A stretch of DNA of 64,000 nt from a virus. Below the pieces are notes generated by a model. The model was not told the DNA's origin. It did not search any database and saw only the letters and a list, made by a program, of their open reading frames with translations. The position numbers and the translations under genes were made by a program. Shown one piece after another: positions 24,146-33,852 of this stretch (position 1 is its first letter; each line of letters opens with the position of its first letter). The stretch lies in the IMG/VR virus record IMGVR_UViG_3300031994_000034; one strand, written 5' to 3'.

Positions 24146-25038
24146 AAACTTCTCTTACAGAACAGACGATACAACGGGTGCTGTCGGGATTCTTTGCGAC
24201 GAACAGCGTGCGGTACAACATCGACGGGCTGTATGTGTTCGCATGGGAAAGCGACAAGCTGCTGAAGACTAAAGCGGGCTACTATTATGAGTTTGAGATT
24301 AAGATTTGCCGCTCAGACTTCAAGCATGATTTCACCAAGGTGGATAAGCACGCCATTCTTCGAGGTGATAAGTACATGCCAAAGTTCTGGGAGTACTTCG
24401 AGTTGAACAAACATCACTACCCCACGTTGGAGCTGTGGGAAGCTGATTGCAGGAAACACAGCCAGCACTATTTTTGCGACCACTTCAAGCGCCCAAATTA
24501 CTTCTACTACGCCGTGCCGAAAGATATGGTGAGCGTTGATGAAGTGCCGGAGTATGCCGGGCTGATATATATCGAGGAGGAAGCCGACAAATGGGACTGC
24601 CACCGCTACACAATCGAGAAGAAAGCGCCATGCCTACACAAGGAGAAATACACCGACGATGCACTGGGTCTGGGCGAGAAGTTCTACTACAATATGACTC
24701 GTTGGCGCGACACGGCTCATAACTTCCAGCGTGACTATAATGAGAAATGCAAGGAGCTGAAGGACGAACTGGCATCCCATGGCCACGAGAAGACCTACGA
24801 GCAACTACAGCGCGAACTGACCTACGCCCTGCAACGTGAGGACGCACTGCGTGAGGAAGTCCGCGAGAAGACGCGACAGATGTTGCAACGCAGCTACGAC
24901 CTGAAATACGACGACATTGAACGGCACTTATTCATGGACGAACTGGAAAGGCTGGGCGTGGATGTGAAGCAATGCTACGCCGAAATCCGCGAGAAAGCCA
25001 CTGCGAAATACAAAGAAAGATACCCATATAACAATTAA
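24142..25038 (+). CDS. PD-(D/E)XK-type nuclease-like protein (MmcB-like) with a coiled-coil tail
   Basis: 'WESD...YYYEFEIKICRSDFKHD' fits a D...ExK nuclease core. Family assignment is from memory only. Confidence 0.5.
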   Translation: MKTSLTEQTIQRVLSGFFATNSVRYNIDGLYVFAWESDKLLKTKAGYYYEFEIKICRSDFKHDFTKVDKHAILRGDKYMPKFWEYFELNKHHYPTLELWEADCRKHSQHYFCDHFKRPNYFYYAVPKDMVSVDEVPEYAGLIYIEEEADKWDCHRYTIEKKAPCLHKEKYTDDALGLGEKFYYNMTRWRDTAHNFQRDYNEKCKELKDELASHGHEKTYEQLQRELTYALQREDALREEVREKTRQMLQRSYDLKYDDIERHLFMDELERLGVDVKQCYAEIREKATAKYKERYPYNN

Positions 25039-25050
25039 AAAGCTACAACA

Positions 25051-25776
25051 ATGAAACTGAAACACATCACCTTCACGGGCATCGACGCCCGAACCGACCT
25101 GCAGGAACTGCAGGACATACAACGGCAGTACCCACTGGCGGAGTTTGGTGTGCTGACAAGCTACCACTGGTATGAGAACACGCAGCGCTACCTCAATCCG
25201 CAGTTCCTGCCCAACCTCTATGGACGTGGGCTGAACCTCGCCCTGCACATCTGCGGCTCGGCGGCCCACGACGCTATAGACGGGTTTTGGAACCGCATCA
25301 ACCGCCACACCGTAGCGTATCTCTACAGGTGTATGTTCCAGCGCGTGCAGCTCAACGTGGCCAACCGCAGCGACAACCCCGACCGTCTGGCCAGTATGCC
25401 GCCCAACTGCTGCGCCGATGTCATCATCCAGCAGCGCCCCGGCGATGCAGCGCTCTTTGAGCGCAGCCTGTGGGTAGGCCGCGTGAACCCCCGGCTCAGG
25501 ACTGTATCAATGCTGATAGACGGCAGCGGCGGGCTGGGCATCGACACGCCCATCAGTATTTACCAATCAGCAGAAAAGATCGGCTATGCCGGCGGCATCT
25601 CGCCCGACAACGTGGCCGGCAAACTGACGTACCTCTTCGAGAACGTCCGCGACGGCGAGTTCTGGATTGACATGGAGAGCGGCGTAAGGACAGACGACTG
25701 GTTCGACCTCGACAAGGTGCGCCGCGTGCTGGAGACGTGCCAGCCGATTATTAAGGAATATAGCAGGGAGGACTGA
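25051..25776 (+). CDS. phosphoribosylanthranilate-isomerase-like (TrpF-like) TIM-barrel protein
   Basis: 'ITFTGID', 'LALHICG', 'DGSGGLG', 'GYAGGISPDNV' and 'WIDMESGVR' are collinear with the phosphate-binding blocks of TrpF. Confidence 0.5.
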   Translation: MKLKHITFTGIDARTDLQELQDIQRQYPLAEFGVLTSYHWYENTQRYLNPQFLPNLYGRGLNLALHICGSAAHDAIDGFWNRINRHTVAYLYRCMFQRVQLNVANRSDNPDRLASMPPNCCADVIIQQRPGDAALFERSLWVGRVNPRLRTVSMLIDGSGGLGIDTPISIYQSAEKIGYAGGISPDNVAGKLTYLFENVRDGEFWIDMESGVRTDDWFDLDKVRRVLETCQPIIKEYSRED

Positions 25777-25779
25777 GCG

Positions 25780-25917
25780 ATGGCAGCATTCCAGTGTTTC
25801 TTCTGTGCGAAGTTCGCCAAGTGCGACGACCACAGGGCAGACTGCCAGGCGTGGGAGGCCAAGCCGACAGAGACCGTCCGCAAGCGCGGCGGGAAAATGG
25901 AAGTAAAATTCAAATGA
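25780..25917 (+). CDS. hypothetical Cys-rich micro-protein (45 aa)
   Basis: ATG ORF filling the gap, below the track cutoff. Contains CFFC...C...C. Confidence 0.35.
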   Translation: MAAFQCFFCAKFAKCDDHRADCQAWEAKPTETVRKRGGKMEVKFK

Positions 25918-25976
25918 CAACAGGCATTATGAGTACACAACCGACTTGTATTGTAAAGCCGGAGGGGAACTGATTT

Positions 25977-26207
25977 ATGGCTCAAGAAGTAATTTCCTAC
26001 ACCCTCCGCTCAGACAGCAGCCAAACACCCTGTCCTCATGGCATGAAGGCTACATGCCTCAACTGCGGTATAAAGGAACCACGCCTGGTGCATGTCGGTT
26101 CATGGATGGAGCGCGACTGTCCTTTCTTTGTCGAAGACAAAGGCGGGCGGAATGGCGTCGTATGCGACTTTATACCTGACACATTCACCATTTATAATTC
26201 GAGATAG
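25977..26207 (+). CDS. hypothetical Cys-containing protein
   Basis: 76-aa ORF. Confidence 0.5.
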   Translation: MAQEVISYTLRSDSSQTPCPHGMKATCLNCGIKEPRLVHVGSWMERDCPFFVEDKGGRNGVVCDFIPDTFTIYNSR

Positions 26208-26209
26208 CT

Positions 26210-26557
26210 ATGCCCTACGGAATATGTAAAGTATGTGGATGCACGGACAACGATCCGTGCTTCAACCCAAAACACGGCAACTGCTGGTGGGCTGATGATA
26301 CGCACGAACTGTGCAGTCATTGCGCCGATCCAGCGATTGCCAACGACCCAGAGACCGTTCACTGCATCAACTCACACGACCCATATAAGCAATCCATAGC
26401 TGAAAGGCTAATATGCCTTCACTGTCGGCATTGGCACAAAGACAAGGATAGCGGCGATATTGAGGATGAAGATGCTTGGGGCGAATGCGACGTCAATGAA
26501 TGGCGTGCGTATGGCAGTGACCCCATGTGTGTGGATTTTGACGAAAAGGAGGACTAA
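26210..26557 (+). CDS. Cys/His-rich protein (probable metal binding)
   Basis: 115-aa ORF with more than 10 Cys, including CKVCGC and CSHC. Confidence 0.6.
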   Translation: MPYGICKVCGCTDNDPCFNPKHGNCWWADDTHELCSHCADPAIANDPETVHCINSHDPYKQSIAERLICLHCRHWHKDKDSGDIEDEDAWGECDVNEWRAYGSDPMCVDFDEKED

Positions 26558-26560
26558 ACA

Positions 26561-27163
26561 ATGTCGAGAAACTTCATACACAGGATTGACTTGCACCTAA
26601 AGGCAGGCAAGAGCGGACGATGGGAGGTCAGGCCGTTCACCGTCAGCGAACAGGACACGAAATGGTCTAAAGTGCGCTGCATCATCAACGGGTGCAGCGA
26701 GAGGGCGCTCGAAGCTGGCGACTACTGGATGCTGACAAAGGACGGCTTGCTGTATATGTCGAATACACCAGCCGAGGTGTGCGACCATGCCGACTTTATC
26801 GGAATGGCATCTGGCAGCGTGCTCATTGCGGGACTGGGACTGGGCATGGTGGTGCAGGCATTGCTCGACCGTGGGCAGTGCCGGCGCATCGTAGTGGTAG
26901 AGAAATCGCAAGACGTAATCAACCTTGTGGCACCGTGCTATCAGGACCCGCGCGTGGAGATTGTCTGCGAAGACATTTTTCTGTACCGCCCGACGGAGCA
27001 TTTCGACTATGCGTGGTTCGACATCTGGCCAGACATCAGCGGCGACAACTATCCCGAGATGAAGCGTCTGCACCGTCGTTTTGCCCGCAGCGTGACGTTC
27101 CGATTCAGTTGGTGCCGCAAGGAGGCTCGCAAGCGGTACAATAGCGATATGCACGAGGCATAA
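26561..27163 (+). CDS. class I SAM-dependent methyltransferase-like protein
   Basis: Rossmann motif 'VLIAGLGLGMV' followed by 'VVVEKS' and 'CEDIF'. Substrate unknown. Confidence 0.55.
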   Translation: MSRNFIHRIDLHLKAGKSGRWEVRPFTVSEQDTKWSKVRCIINGCSERALEAGDYWMLTKDGLLYMSNTPAEVCDHADFIGMASGSVLIAGLGLGMVVQALLDRGQCRRIVVVEKSQDVINLVAPCYQDPRVEIVCEDIFLYRPTEHFDYAWFDIWPDISGDNYPEMKRLHRRFARSVTFRFSWCRKEARKRYNSDMHEA

Positions 27164-27233
27164 CTGAATAATTTTTGAATGTAATTTTGAATAATTTCCC
27201 TGCGACAGCAGGATAAGAACAAAGAAGCGAATT

Positions 27234-27764
27234 ATGGACGAACAAAAGATCGTAACGCTAAACCACCTGAAGAATTGGGTGGATGATTGGGTGAGAACCT
27301 GCCACAAGAATAATGTGAACCCCAGTGACGTGCCCTTCCTTATTGAGAACGACAGACGCCAATACAGGCCATTCTCGGGCAGTATCGGTTTCGGCAGCCG
27401 TGGCGTAACGGTGGCCATCGAATACTTCAATAGCGACATCGTGCGCTACGAGCCCAAGGACAAGCGGCCCGAAGGCGGTGGCGAGTATTGGAAGAGCCGT
27501 GGAGCCAGTTCGGATGATGTCAGTGGCTTTGTGGAATCGAAGCCTGCAGGTGAGCGTTTGCTGCGCATGGTGAAGTACGTCCTCGAAACGGACGAACCGA
27601 AGACGCGGCTCGACTACCGCGAGTTTGAACCGAACTGGATTCAGTTCAAGTTCTCTGCCGAGGAATTTGACGTGGAGAAACTCGACCAGATGGCCCGCGA
27701 CAACGGCAACGTACTGACCGAGGCTATCGTCAGGAAGTGCGTGAAAGAACTGAAGGAGGAGTGA
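27234..27764 (+). CDS. hypothetical protein
   Basis: 176-aa ORF. Confidence 0.7.
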   Translation: MDEQKIVTLNHLKNWVDDWVRTCHKNNVNPSDVPFLIENDRRQYRPFSGSIGFGSRGVTVAIEYFNSDIVRYEPKDKRPEGGGEYWKSRGASSDDVSGFVESKPAGERLLRMVKYVLETDEPKTRLDYREFEPNWIQFKFSAEEFDVEKLDQMARDNGNVLTEAIVRKCVKELKEE

Positions 27765-27767
27765 GCG

Positions 27768-27977
27768 ATGACCGACCGTATGAAGATAGAACGCGGCAAG
27801 ACTTATGTCTGCCTGAAGAGCCTGCACAGCAACGTGGGACCTGACCACATGGCTTTCACCGAGGGCAGCGAGTACACCGCCGACCATGACAATGCCCTCT
27901 ACGGCGACGATAACCTGAGTTACGCCCTGCCCGCCCACTGGCGGCTGGCCGACTGGTTTAAACTGAAGGAGGAGTGA
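27768..27977 (+). CDS. hypothetical protein
   Basis: 69-aa ORF, tightly packed with its neighbours. Confidence 0.55.
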   Translation: MTDRMKIERGKTYVCLKSLHSNVGPDHMAFTEGSEYTADHDNALYGDDNLSYALPAHWRLADWFKLKEE

Positions 27978-27980
27978 GCG

Positions 27981-28445
27981 ATGGAAAGAGAGCAGATAAC
28001 CATCAACGGCATGGAGTTCCGCGCCGAGCAGCTGATGCCCAATTACCAGGGCAAGTACGACTGCATCTGCGAGAACTGTATCTTCAATGCCGACTGGGTG
28101 GACTTCGGAGAGGACTTCCCATGCATGAAGGTGAAGTGCATGATAAACGACGGGCGTAACGGCAACCGCAACGTGTGGACCGCCGTTGGCGACCGCGATC
28201 TGTTAAAGCGAAAGCCAGTCACCTGGTGGGTGTCGTTCACCTACAACTACGAGTACCTTGAATGCGACGGCATCTGGGAGAGCGACAGCAGCAGCGACGC
28301 ACGCAGATTCCTGTGCCGCGAGGAGAATATAGAGAAGAAGGTTATGGAATACGTCAAGGAAGAGCTCGCCTACGACAACGGCGATATCCGCAACATCAAG
28401 ATTGAGATAGAAGACCACTACATCACAACCGACAACGAAGTGTGA
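27981..28445 (+). CDS. hypothetical protein
   Basis: 154-aa ORF. Confidence 0.65.
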   Translation: MEREQITINGMEFRAEQLMPNYQGKYDCICENCIFNADWVDFGEDFPCMKVKCMINDGRNGNRNVWTAVGDRDLLKRKPVTWWVSFTYNYEYLECDGIWESDSSSDARRFLCREENIEKKVMEYVKEELAYDNGDIRNIKIEIEDHYITTDNEV

Positions 28446-28492
28446 CCGACAGCTTCAAATTATGAACACAACGAATAAACGAGAAACGAATT

Positions 28493-28957
28493 ATGAAGTA
28501 CATCAACGCAGATAAAATCAAGGCCGAGATAAAACGGCGAATGTCCGAAGAAGTGGCATTGTTCGAAGAACAGTGCCAGGGCGGGCGGGAGCCGAGCCCG
28601 AGCAGCGCCGTCGTACACATGAGATACCAGCAGCTGCTGAAGTTTATCGACCAGATGCAGCAGGAGGAGCCACTGCCTCCAGGCATTGAGAATGAGAGCC
28701 GGAAGAAGGAGATTCGACCAGGAAGGCGTAAAGGAAATCATCAGCAAGGAGGACCCGCAGCCATGAGACTACTGCTACGATGGATATTCTACATTGCTTG
28801 CGTCACGGCGGCGTACTTCCTGCTCGACATCGGCTTCGGCCAGTATTGGCAGGCTTCGCGCCTGGTGGGCTTCATCAGCAGGAACGCGGGCGTATGCCTG
28901 CTGCTGATTACGGGAGCCTACCTCCAGAGGCAGATAATAGATCGAGAAATGGAATAA
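28493..28957 (+). CDS. hypothetical protein with C-terminal transmembrane segments
   Basis: 154-aa ORF. The C-terminal 'LLLRWIFYIACVTAAYFLL' and 'AGVCLLLITGAYL' are hydrophobic. Confidence 0.6.
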   Translation: MKYINADKIKAEIKRRMSEEVALFEEQCQGGREPSPSSAVVHMRYQQLLKFIDQMQQEEPLPPGIENESRKKEIRPGRRKGNHQQGGPAAMRLLLRWIFYIACVTAAYFLLDIGFGQYWQASRLVGFISRNAGVCLLLITGAYLQRQIIDREME

Positions 28958-28975
28958 TGGAAAAGACAACGGATT

Positions 28976-29320
28976 ATGACGAAAATCAGCGAGCTACGCA
29001 AGCAACTCGGCTTAGACAGCCGTATGGGCAAGGTGAAATGCAAGGTGTGCGGCAAGGAGCTGGAAGTACCAAATATGTATTCGGAGCGCGACCGCAATGC
29101 TGTGCTCAAGCCCTACTGCTGCACCACTACGGTGCTCCACGTGCAGTGGCTCATCCACCACGGGTGGCACGTCAGCAACTACGATGCCGACCCCGCCGGG
29201 GCGTTCTACTGTCCAGACTGCTTCCCCAAGGGCACGCCTGAGTTCAGCAGCAGTGCGGCAGGCAAGGACTGGTGCGAGCAGGCCGAGCGGTGGATGAGAG
29301 AGAACGACGGCAAACAATAA
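28976..29320 (+). CDS. hypothetical zinc-ribbon-like protein
   Basis: CKVCGK ... CPDC pattern. Confidence 0.6.
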   Translation: MTKISELRKQLGLDSRMGKVKCKVCGKELEVPNMYSERDRNAVLKPYCCTTTVLHVQWLIHHGWHVSNYDADPAGAFYCPDCFPKGTPEFSSSAAGKDWCEQAERWMRENDGKQ

Positions 29321-29356
29321 ATATTAGAAACAATAATCATTTAAACGACAACGACA

Positions 29357-30085
29357 ATGAAGAAAAGAAACTACAAGCGCATCTTCCGCCCCGGAACGCT
29401 ATTCCGTGTGGCGGGCACAAACGCCGTGTTCATGTCGCTCGGACTGAACCCGAAGGACAACCGGCAGATTCTCTCATTCAACGGTATGGACATCGTGCGC
29501 CGCTGTGTCGTGAAGCGTGCCGATGGACGCGCCGTGCCCGTCACAAGGCGCGAGCAGCAGACCTACTGGGCCGTGATGCGCGAGGTGATAGCACAGCGCG
29601 AGGAAGCACCGAAATTCTCGCCGGGCGACTGGATTACTGAAATCAGCACCGGACGCTACGACCTGGTTGAGAGATACAGCAACGGCTACTACGCCTGCGA
29701 GAACTGCGGATTCCCGAAGCACTACCAAGTAGGCTACCGTCGCTGGAACATCAACGATGCCCGCCCCGGCAACATCCTCTTCTATCACCCCACGAAGATG
29801 GCCTTCATTTTTAAGGGTTTCGAGGGTGACGACCGCAAGCTGAAGCTCTTCTGCAGCTGCAACATCGAGGCACCCGACCAGCCAGGATTCTTCCAGCTCT
29901 ACGACGAGGACGAGTATTTTGGACGAGCCGACGACCCCAACATCATCCTCGGCGTCATCCCTGCCAACAACAAGCAGGGCCGGACGATGTTCGCCAAGAT
30001 GCAAAGCGAGGGCTACGACCTGAAGACGTGTCGGGACGGTCGGCTCGTACTGGTGAAGACACGGAACGAGCAAAAGGAGGACTGA
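29357..30085 (+). CDS. hypothetical protein
   Basis: 242-aa ORF. Confidence 0.7.
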   Translation: MKKRNYKRIFRPGTLFRVAGTNAVFMSLGLNPKDNRQILSFNGMDIVRRCVVKRADGRAVPVTRREQQTYWAVMREVIAQREEAPKFSPGDWITEISTGRYDLVERYSNGYYACENCGFPKHYQVGYRRWNINDARPGNILFYHPTKMAFIFKGFEGDDRKLKLFCSCNIEAPDQPGFFQLYDEDEYFGRADDPNIILGVIPANNKQGRTMFAKMQSEGYDLKTCRDGRLVLVKTRNEQKED

Positions 30086-30088
30086 CCG

Positions 30089-30289
30089 ATGGACAGCCGA
30101 ATGGGAATTTATGTGTCGTTTGGCAAGGAGGACATCATCCTCGACTGCAAGTACTGTAGCAAGACCGATAAGAAAGGTTTTGGCCTTCATCACGCCTATG
30201 GTCATGAGTGCTTGCTGAAGCCAGAGAAGCGCCGGTGCAACCGCTGTCGATGGTGCTACTTTGGCCCGCATCACACTCACGGATACTGA
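30089..30289 (+). CDS. hypothetical Cys-rich small protein
   Basis: 66-aa ORF. Confidence 0.5.
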   Translation: MDSRMGIYVSFGKEDIILDCKYCSKTDKKGFGLHHAYGHECLLKPEKRRCNRCRWCYFGPHHTHGY

Positions 30290-30351
30290 ATATTTTTTAA
30301 CTGATTTTTAGCCAATTTCTGCCAAAAAGGGCATCACAACGAAAGAGCAAT

Positions 30352-30666
30352 ATGACACTGGACGAGGCAATCAATCACTGCGACGAGCGGGCGTGCGGCG
30401 ACACGGCGTGCGCCTTGGAGCACCGCCAGCTGAAGGCATGGCTGGAGGAACTGAAGAGAATCGGCGAATGCACATGGCACCAGCCCGGCGACGACCCGCG
30501 ACGAGAGAAGGACTACAAAGGGCGCGACCGCCATATCCTCGTGCTCGAAAAGGACGGCACGCTGCGCAAGACGTGGCCCATCCTCTACCGTGCGGAAGAC
30601 ACCCTGCGCTGGGCCTACGTCGCCGACCTGATGCCCAAAGACATCGACTATGAGAGAATGTATTAA
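30352..30666 (+). CDS. hypothetical protein
   Basis: 104-aa ORF. Confidence 0.6.
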   Translation: MTLDEAINHCDERACGDTACALEHRQLKAWLEELKRIGECTWHQPGDDPRREKDYKGRDRHILVLEKDGTLRKTWPILYRAEDTLRWAYVADLMPKDIDYERMY

Positions 30667-30683
30667 CAATTAAAGCTACAACA

Positions 30684-31235
30684 ATGACAACATCAGAACC
30701 GAAGAAAGGCTTGGAATCGCTGACCGCCGAATACTATCGTTGTTTGGAGCGCGAGCCTGGGCGAAAGGAAGAATGGCGGCAGAAGTACGAATGGGCACTG
30801 GCTCGCGCACAGCAGTATGCCGACCGCCTTGGCACTGACCGTGAGACAGTGCTGGCAGCATGGGAGGAAGACCGTGACTACTGGTACGTGAACTACTATC
30901 AGGAGAGCAACCAACCCGACCTTGCCGGCAAAATCGGTGCCGTGACGCTCGCCGAATGGCGGGCCGAGGGTGAACAACTCTACGGCAAAGAACAGCTCGA
31001 CTGGCGTTTCCGCTGCCCCGCCTGCGGACATGTGCAAACCATGCGGCAATTCAAGGAGGCTGGGCTGAACCTGCAACTGGCCTACCTCAACTGTGCCTCG
31101 CGCCACAATCTCGGCGGCAAGGCAGACTGTAAGTGGACCATCGGCGGACTGCTCCGTGTTGGAGGCCGCTACGTCATCGACGCCAAGTTTCGCCCACGTT
31201 TGATATTTGAGTTTGCTGACAGAGAAACAAAGTAA
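30684..31235 (+). CDS. hypothetical protein with a CxxC motif
   Basis: 183-aa ORF preceded by the AAAGCTACAACA leader. Contains 'RCPACGHV'. Confidence 0.7.
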   Translation: MTTSEPKKGLESLTAEYYRCLEREPGRKEEWRQKYEWALARAQQYADRLGTDRETVLAAWEEDRDYWYVNYYQESNQPDLAGKIGAVTLAEWRAEGEQLYGKEQLDWRFRCPACGHVQTMRQFKEAGLNLQLAYLNCASRHNLGGKADCKWTIGGLLRVGGRYVIDAKFRPRLIFEFADRETK

Positions 31236-31237
31236 TA

Positions 31238-31525
31238 ATGAAACCTATGGAAAAGAAAACAATCAAATGGCATTCGGCAACGGAAAGCCCCGGCAAGAAA
31301 AGATTCGTCGGCGCCTTCATCAAGAAAGGGCGCAGCGAGGATCAACTGACGTTCAAAGTCATTCGCTACTTCACAGACGGCGTTGTGCCATGTGAAAGTT
31401 GCGAGGAAGGAGGCGATGAGCTGTGTGTGGCATGGACTGACTACAAGGAACTAATCAAAGGCATCACGCCCACGATGATTGCCAATGCCAAGCGCGGCGC
31501 GTGGGGCTGGTGGAAGGAGGAATGA
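31238..31525 (+). CDS. hypothetical protein
   Basis: 95-aa ORF. Confidence 0.6.
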   Translation: MKPMEKKTIKWHSATESPGKKRFVGAFIKKGRSEDQLTFKVIRYFTDGVVPCESCEEGGDELCVAWTDYKELIKGITPTMIANAKRGAWGWWKEE

Positions 31526-31528
31526 CCT

Positions 31529-31684
31529 ATGGACAGACAAGAATTTGAATGGCGGATAGATCAACTTCTAAGAGAATACATTCTCAACAACGATAATGAG
31601 GACATCAACATCCGCAACAAGATATCGTGGGCGGGTGAGTCTCGCAAATGGTTAGTTGATATATCTGTAAGAAAAATAATATGA
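31529..31684 (+). CDS. hypothetical small protein (51 aa)
   Basis: ATG ORF below the track cutoff, starting 3 nt after the previous stop. Confidence 0.4.
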   Translation: MDRQEFEWRIDQLLREYILNNDNEDINIRNKISWAGESRKWLVDISVRKII

Positions 31685-31728
31685 TTAAGAACCATCCATA
31701 TTGGTGCAAACAGTAAAAGCTACAACAA

Positions 31729-32058
31729 ATGAAACTTATCAATTTTATCAAAGGACTAAGGCTACGCCGCGAAGCAAAGCGCGAAGGCGTGCCATTCAGA
31801 GAGTGTATGTGGTATAATTGCCGGGCCATGCTGCCAAAAGACATCCTTGCCGAAAAATCCTTCATCGAAATCTTCGATGCGGACGGTCGTTATATCGACT
31901 GTCCCGGCATCGGAGGCGAAGTCGTCTATAACGCCCACGGCAGACGCTACAGCTACCGCGTCGTTGGGTTCAAGAACGATTCGCCCAACCGTGACTGGCT
32001 TTATGATACCGACTACATCAACCCCGTGGTGGAATACGTAGGGAAAGTAAAAGAGTAA
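31729..32058 (+). CDS. hypothetical protein
   Basis: 109-aa ORF preceded by the AAAGCTACAACAA leader. Confidence 0.65.
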   Translation: MKLINFIKGLRLRREAKREGVPFRECMWYNCRAMLPKDILAEKSFIEIFDADGRYIDCPGIGGEVVYNAHGRRYSYRVVGFKNDSPNRDWLYDTDYINPVVEYVGKVKE

Positions 32059-32071
32059 AAAGATTATCACC

Positions 32072-32704
32072 ATGTCACTCGACCTCTACATCTACTCCCG
32101 CCGCCCTGTGCGGCACCAAGGCACTGGCGTATTCGTCCGCGACAACGGGCAGACACGCGAACTGAAAACCATCGACGAGGTGCGGCAGCACTTCCCCGAC
32201 GCCGATCTCTCGGACATCCACGTCACCGACTACGAGGACAACGAACTGTTCCACATGAACCTCACCCACAACCTCACGGACATGGCCTCGCACGTCCCCA
32301 TCGCGGGCACCGACGGATACCTCACGCTGCCACAAGACTACGAGCGCGACAAACCCGACTTCACGCCCAAACCACTCTCGGCCTACAACCTGCTGTGGCA
32401 CCCCGAGACTAATCCGCTGCTGGAGCAGACCACCATCCACCGCAAGGACACGGCGGATGGCGGTGAGAAGGTCGGCGAGGTGTTGGAACAGCCCGTGACG
32501 CGCATCACGCCCGAGCTGGTCCGTCAGGTTATGGCTGTGTCATTCTATATTACGCATCACCGCGACGAACTCACGCCCTACAATTCAGACAACGGCTGGG
32601 GTACCTACGAACAGCTCCGTGACCGTACCCGCAATCTCCTCCTCTGTCTGCTCGAAATCCCCGCAGAAGAGTACGACCAATACTGTCTGTACTGCTGGAC
32701 ATGA
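32072..32704 (+). CDS. hypothetical protein
   Basis: 210-aa ORF. Confidence 0.7.
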   Translation: MSLDLYIYSRRPVRHQGTGVFVRDNGQTRELKTIDEVRQHFPDADLSDIHVTDYEDNELFHMNLTHNLTDMASHVPIAGTDGYLTLPQDYERDKPDFTPKPLSAYNLLWHPETNPLLEQTTIHRKDTADGGEKVGEVLEQPVTRITPELVRQVMAVSFYITHHRDELTPYNSDNGWGTYEQLRDRTRNLLLCLLEIPAEEYDQYCLYCWT

Positions 32705-32743
32705 TTTTTCTAAACAACTAATTAACATAAAACCAAACAAACA

Positions 32744-33304
32744 ATGACAACAAAGACATCCCAATGGTTCGAGTGCAAAGTGCGCTACGACCAGATGCAG
32801 GAAAATGGCCTGCTGAAGAAAGTGACAGAACAGTATGTAGTAGAAGCTCTCAGTTATACCGAGGCAGAAGCTGCCATCATCAAGCAGATTGCTCCCTACA
32901 TCAGCGGCGACTTCGAGATTACCGGCATCAAGCCCGCCGCCTACCGCGACGTGATATTCATGTCGGAAGCTGCGAAGAAGTTCCATAATGAGGTGGACGA
33001 AATGACACGTGCCTTGCAGAAAGGCGATGGTCAGAAAGCAGATGAAGTATTTCATCGTCCACTGGAGCAACAGAACAACACCGACACGTTGTTCTTTAAG
33101 GCCAAAATCCAATTCATCACCCTCGACGAGAAGAGCGGCAAGGAGAAGCGCACTCCAATGACCTATCTTGTGCAGGCTACTTCGCTCGACAATGCCGTGC
33201 AAAATATCGGCGTAGCCATGCAAGGCACGATGATTGACTACGCCAAGTCGAGCGTCGCCGAGACCAAAATCCTTGATGTCTTCGAGCATTGTGCAGCAGA
33301 ATAA
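32744..33304 (+). CDS. DUF4494-like protein
   Basis: The N-terminus 'WFECKVRYDQMQENGLLKKVTEQYVVEALSYTEAEAAIIKQIAPYISGDFEI' matches my recollection of the Bacteroidota DUF4494 family. Confidence 0.6.
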   Translation: MTTKTSQWFECKVRYDQMQENGLLKKVTEQYVVEALSYTEAEAAIIKQIAPYISGDFEITGIKPAAYRDVIFMSEAAKKFHNEVDEMTRALQKGDGQKADEVFHRPLEQQNNTDTLFFKAKIQFITLDEKSGKEKRTPMTYLVQATSLDNAVQNIGVAMQGTMIDYAKSSVAETKILDVFEHCAAE

Positions 33305-33344
33305 ATCGTAAATCGGTGGCAACGAACTGCCATTCTAACCGACT

Positions 33345-33848
33345 ATGGATACAAGACAACAACGTAATCCAAGTGTGTCCTCGTATGAGTGGTACACCCC
33401 GAAGTGGATTATCGACGAGTTGGGACCCTTTGACCTCGACCAATGCGCACCGTTGCCGCATCTCCGTCCCTATGATATCGCACCAGCGTGTTATACAGAG
33501 CAAGATGATGGCCTGAAACAGGAATGGCGTGGTGTCGTGTGGCTTAACCCGCCGTACTCGCGCAAGTTACTCACTCTATTCGTAATGAAGCTGGCTGAGC
33601 ACAACAACGGTATTGCCTTGCTGGTTAATAGAACGGACAACGTACTCTTTCAGGATGTTATCTTTCAGAAGGCCGCTTCGCTGCTGTTTATGCGCAACAG
33701 GGTGAAGTTCATGCGCCCCGACGGTACCACGGGCAACCCCTTCTTCGGTTCGGTGCTTGTTGCCTTCGGATCTGAATGTGACCGACGATTGCGCCGATGT
33801 TCGATTGAAGGGAAATATGTAATACTCAATCCACAAGACAGTAAATAA
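33345..33848 (+). CDS. phage-type DNA N6-adenine methyltransferase (Dam family)
   Basis: 'YEWYTPKWIIDELGPFDLDQCAP' and 'WRGVVWLNPPYS' motifs. Confidence 0.8.
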   Translation: MDTRQQRNPSVSSYEWYTPKWIIDELGPFDLDQCAPLPHLRPYDIAPACYTEQDDGLKQEWRGVVWLNPPYSRKLLTLFVMKLAEHNNGIALLVNRTDNVLFQDVIFQKAASLLFMRNRVKFMRPDGTTGNPFFGSVLVAFGSECDRRLRRCSIEGKYVILNPQDSK

Positions 33849-33852
33849 ATCT

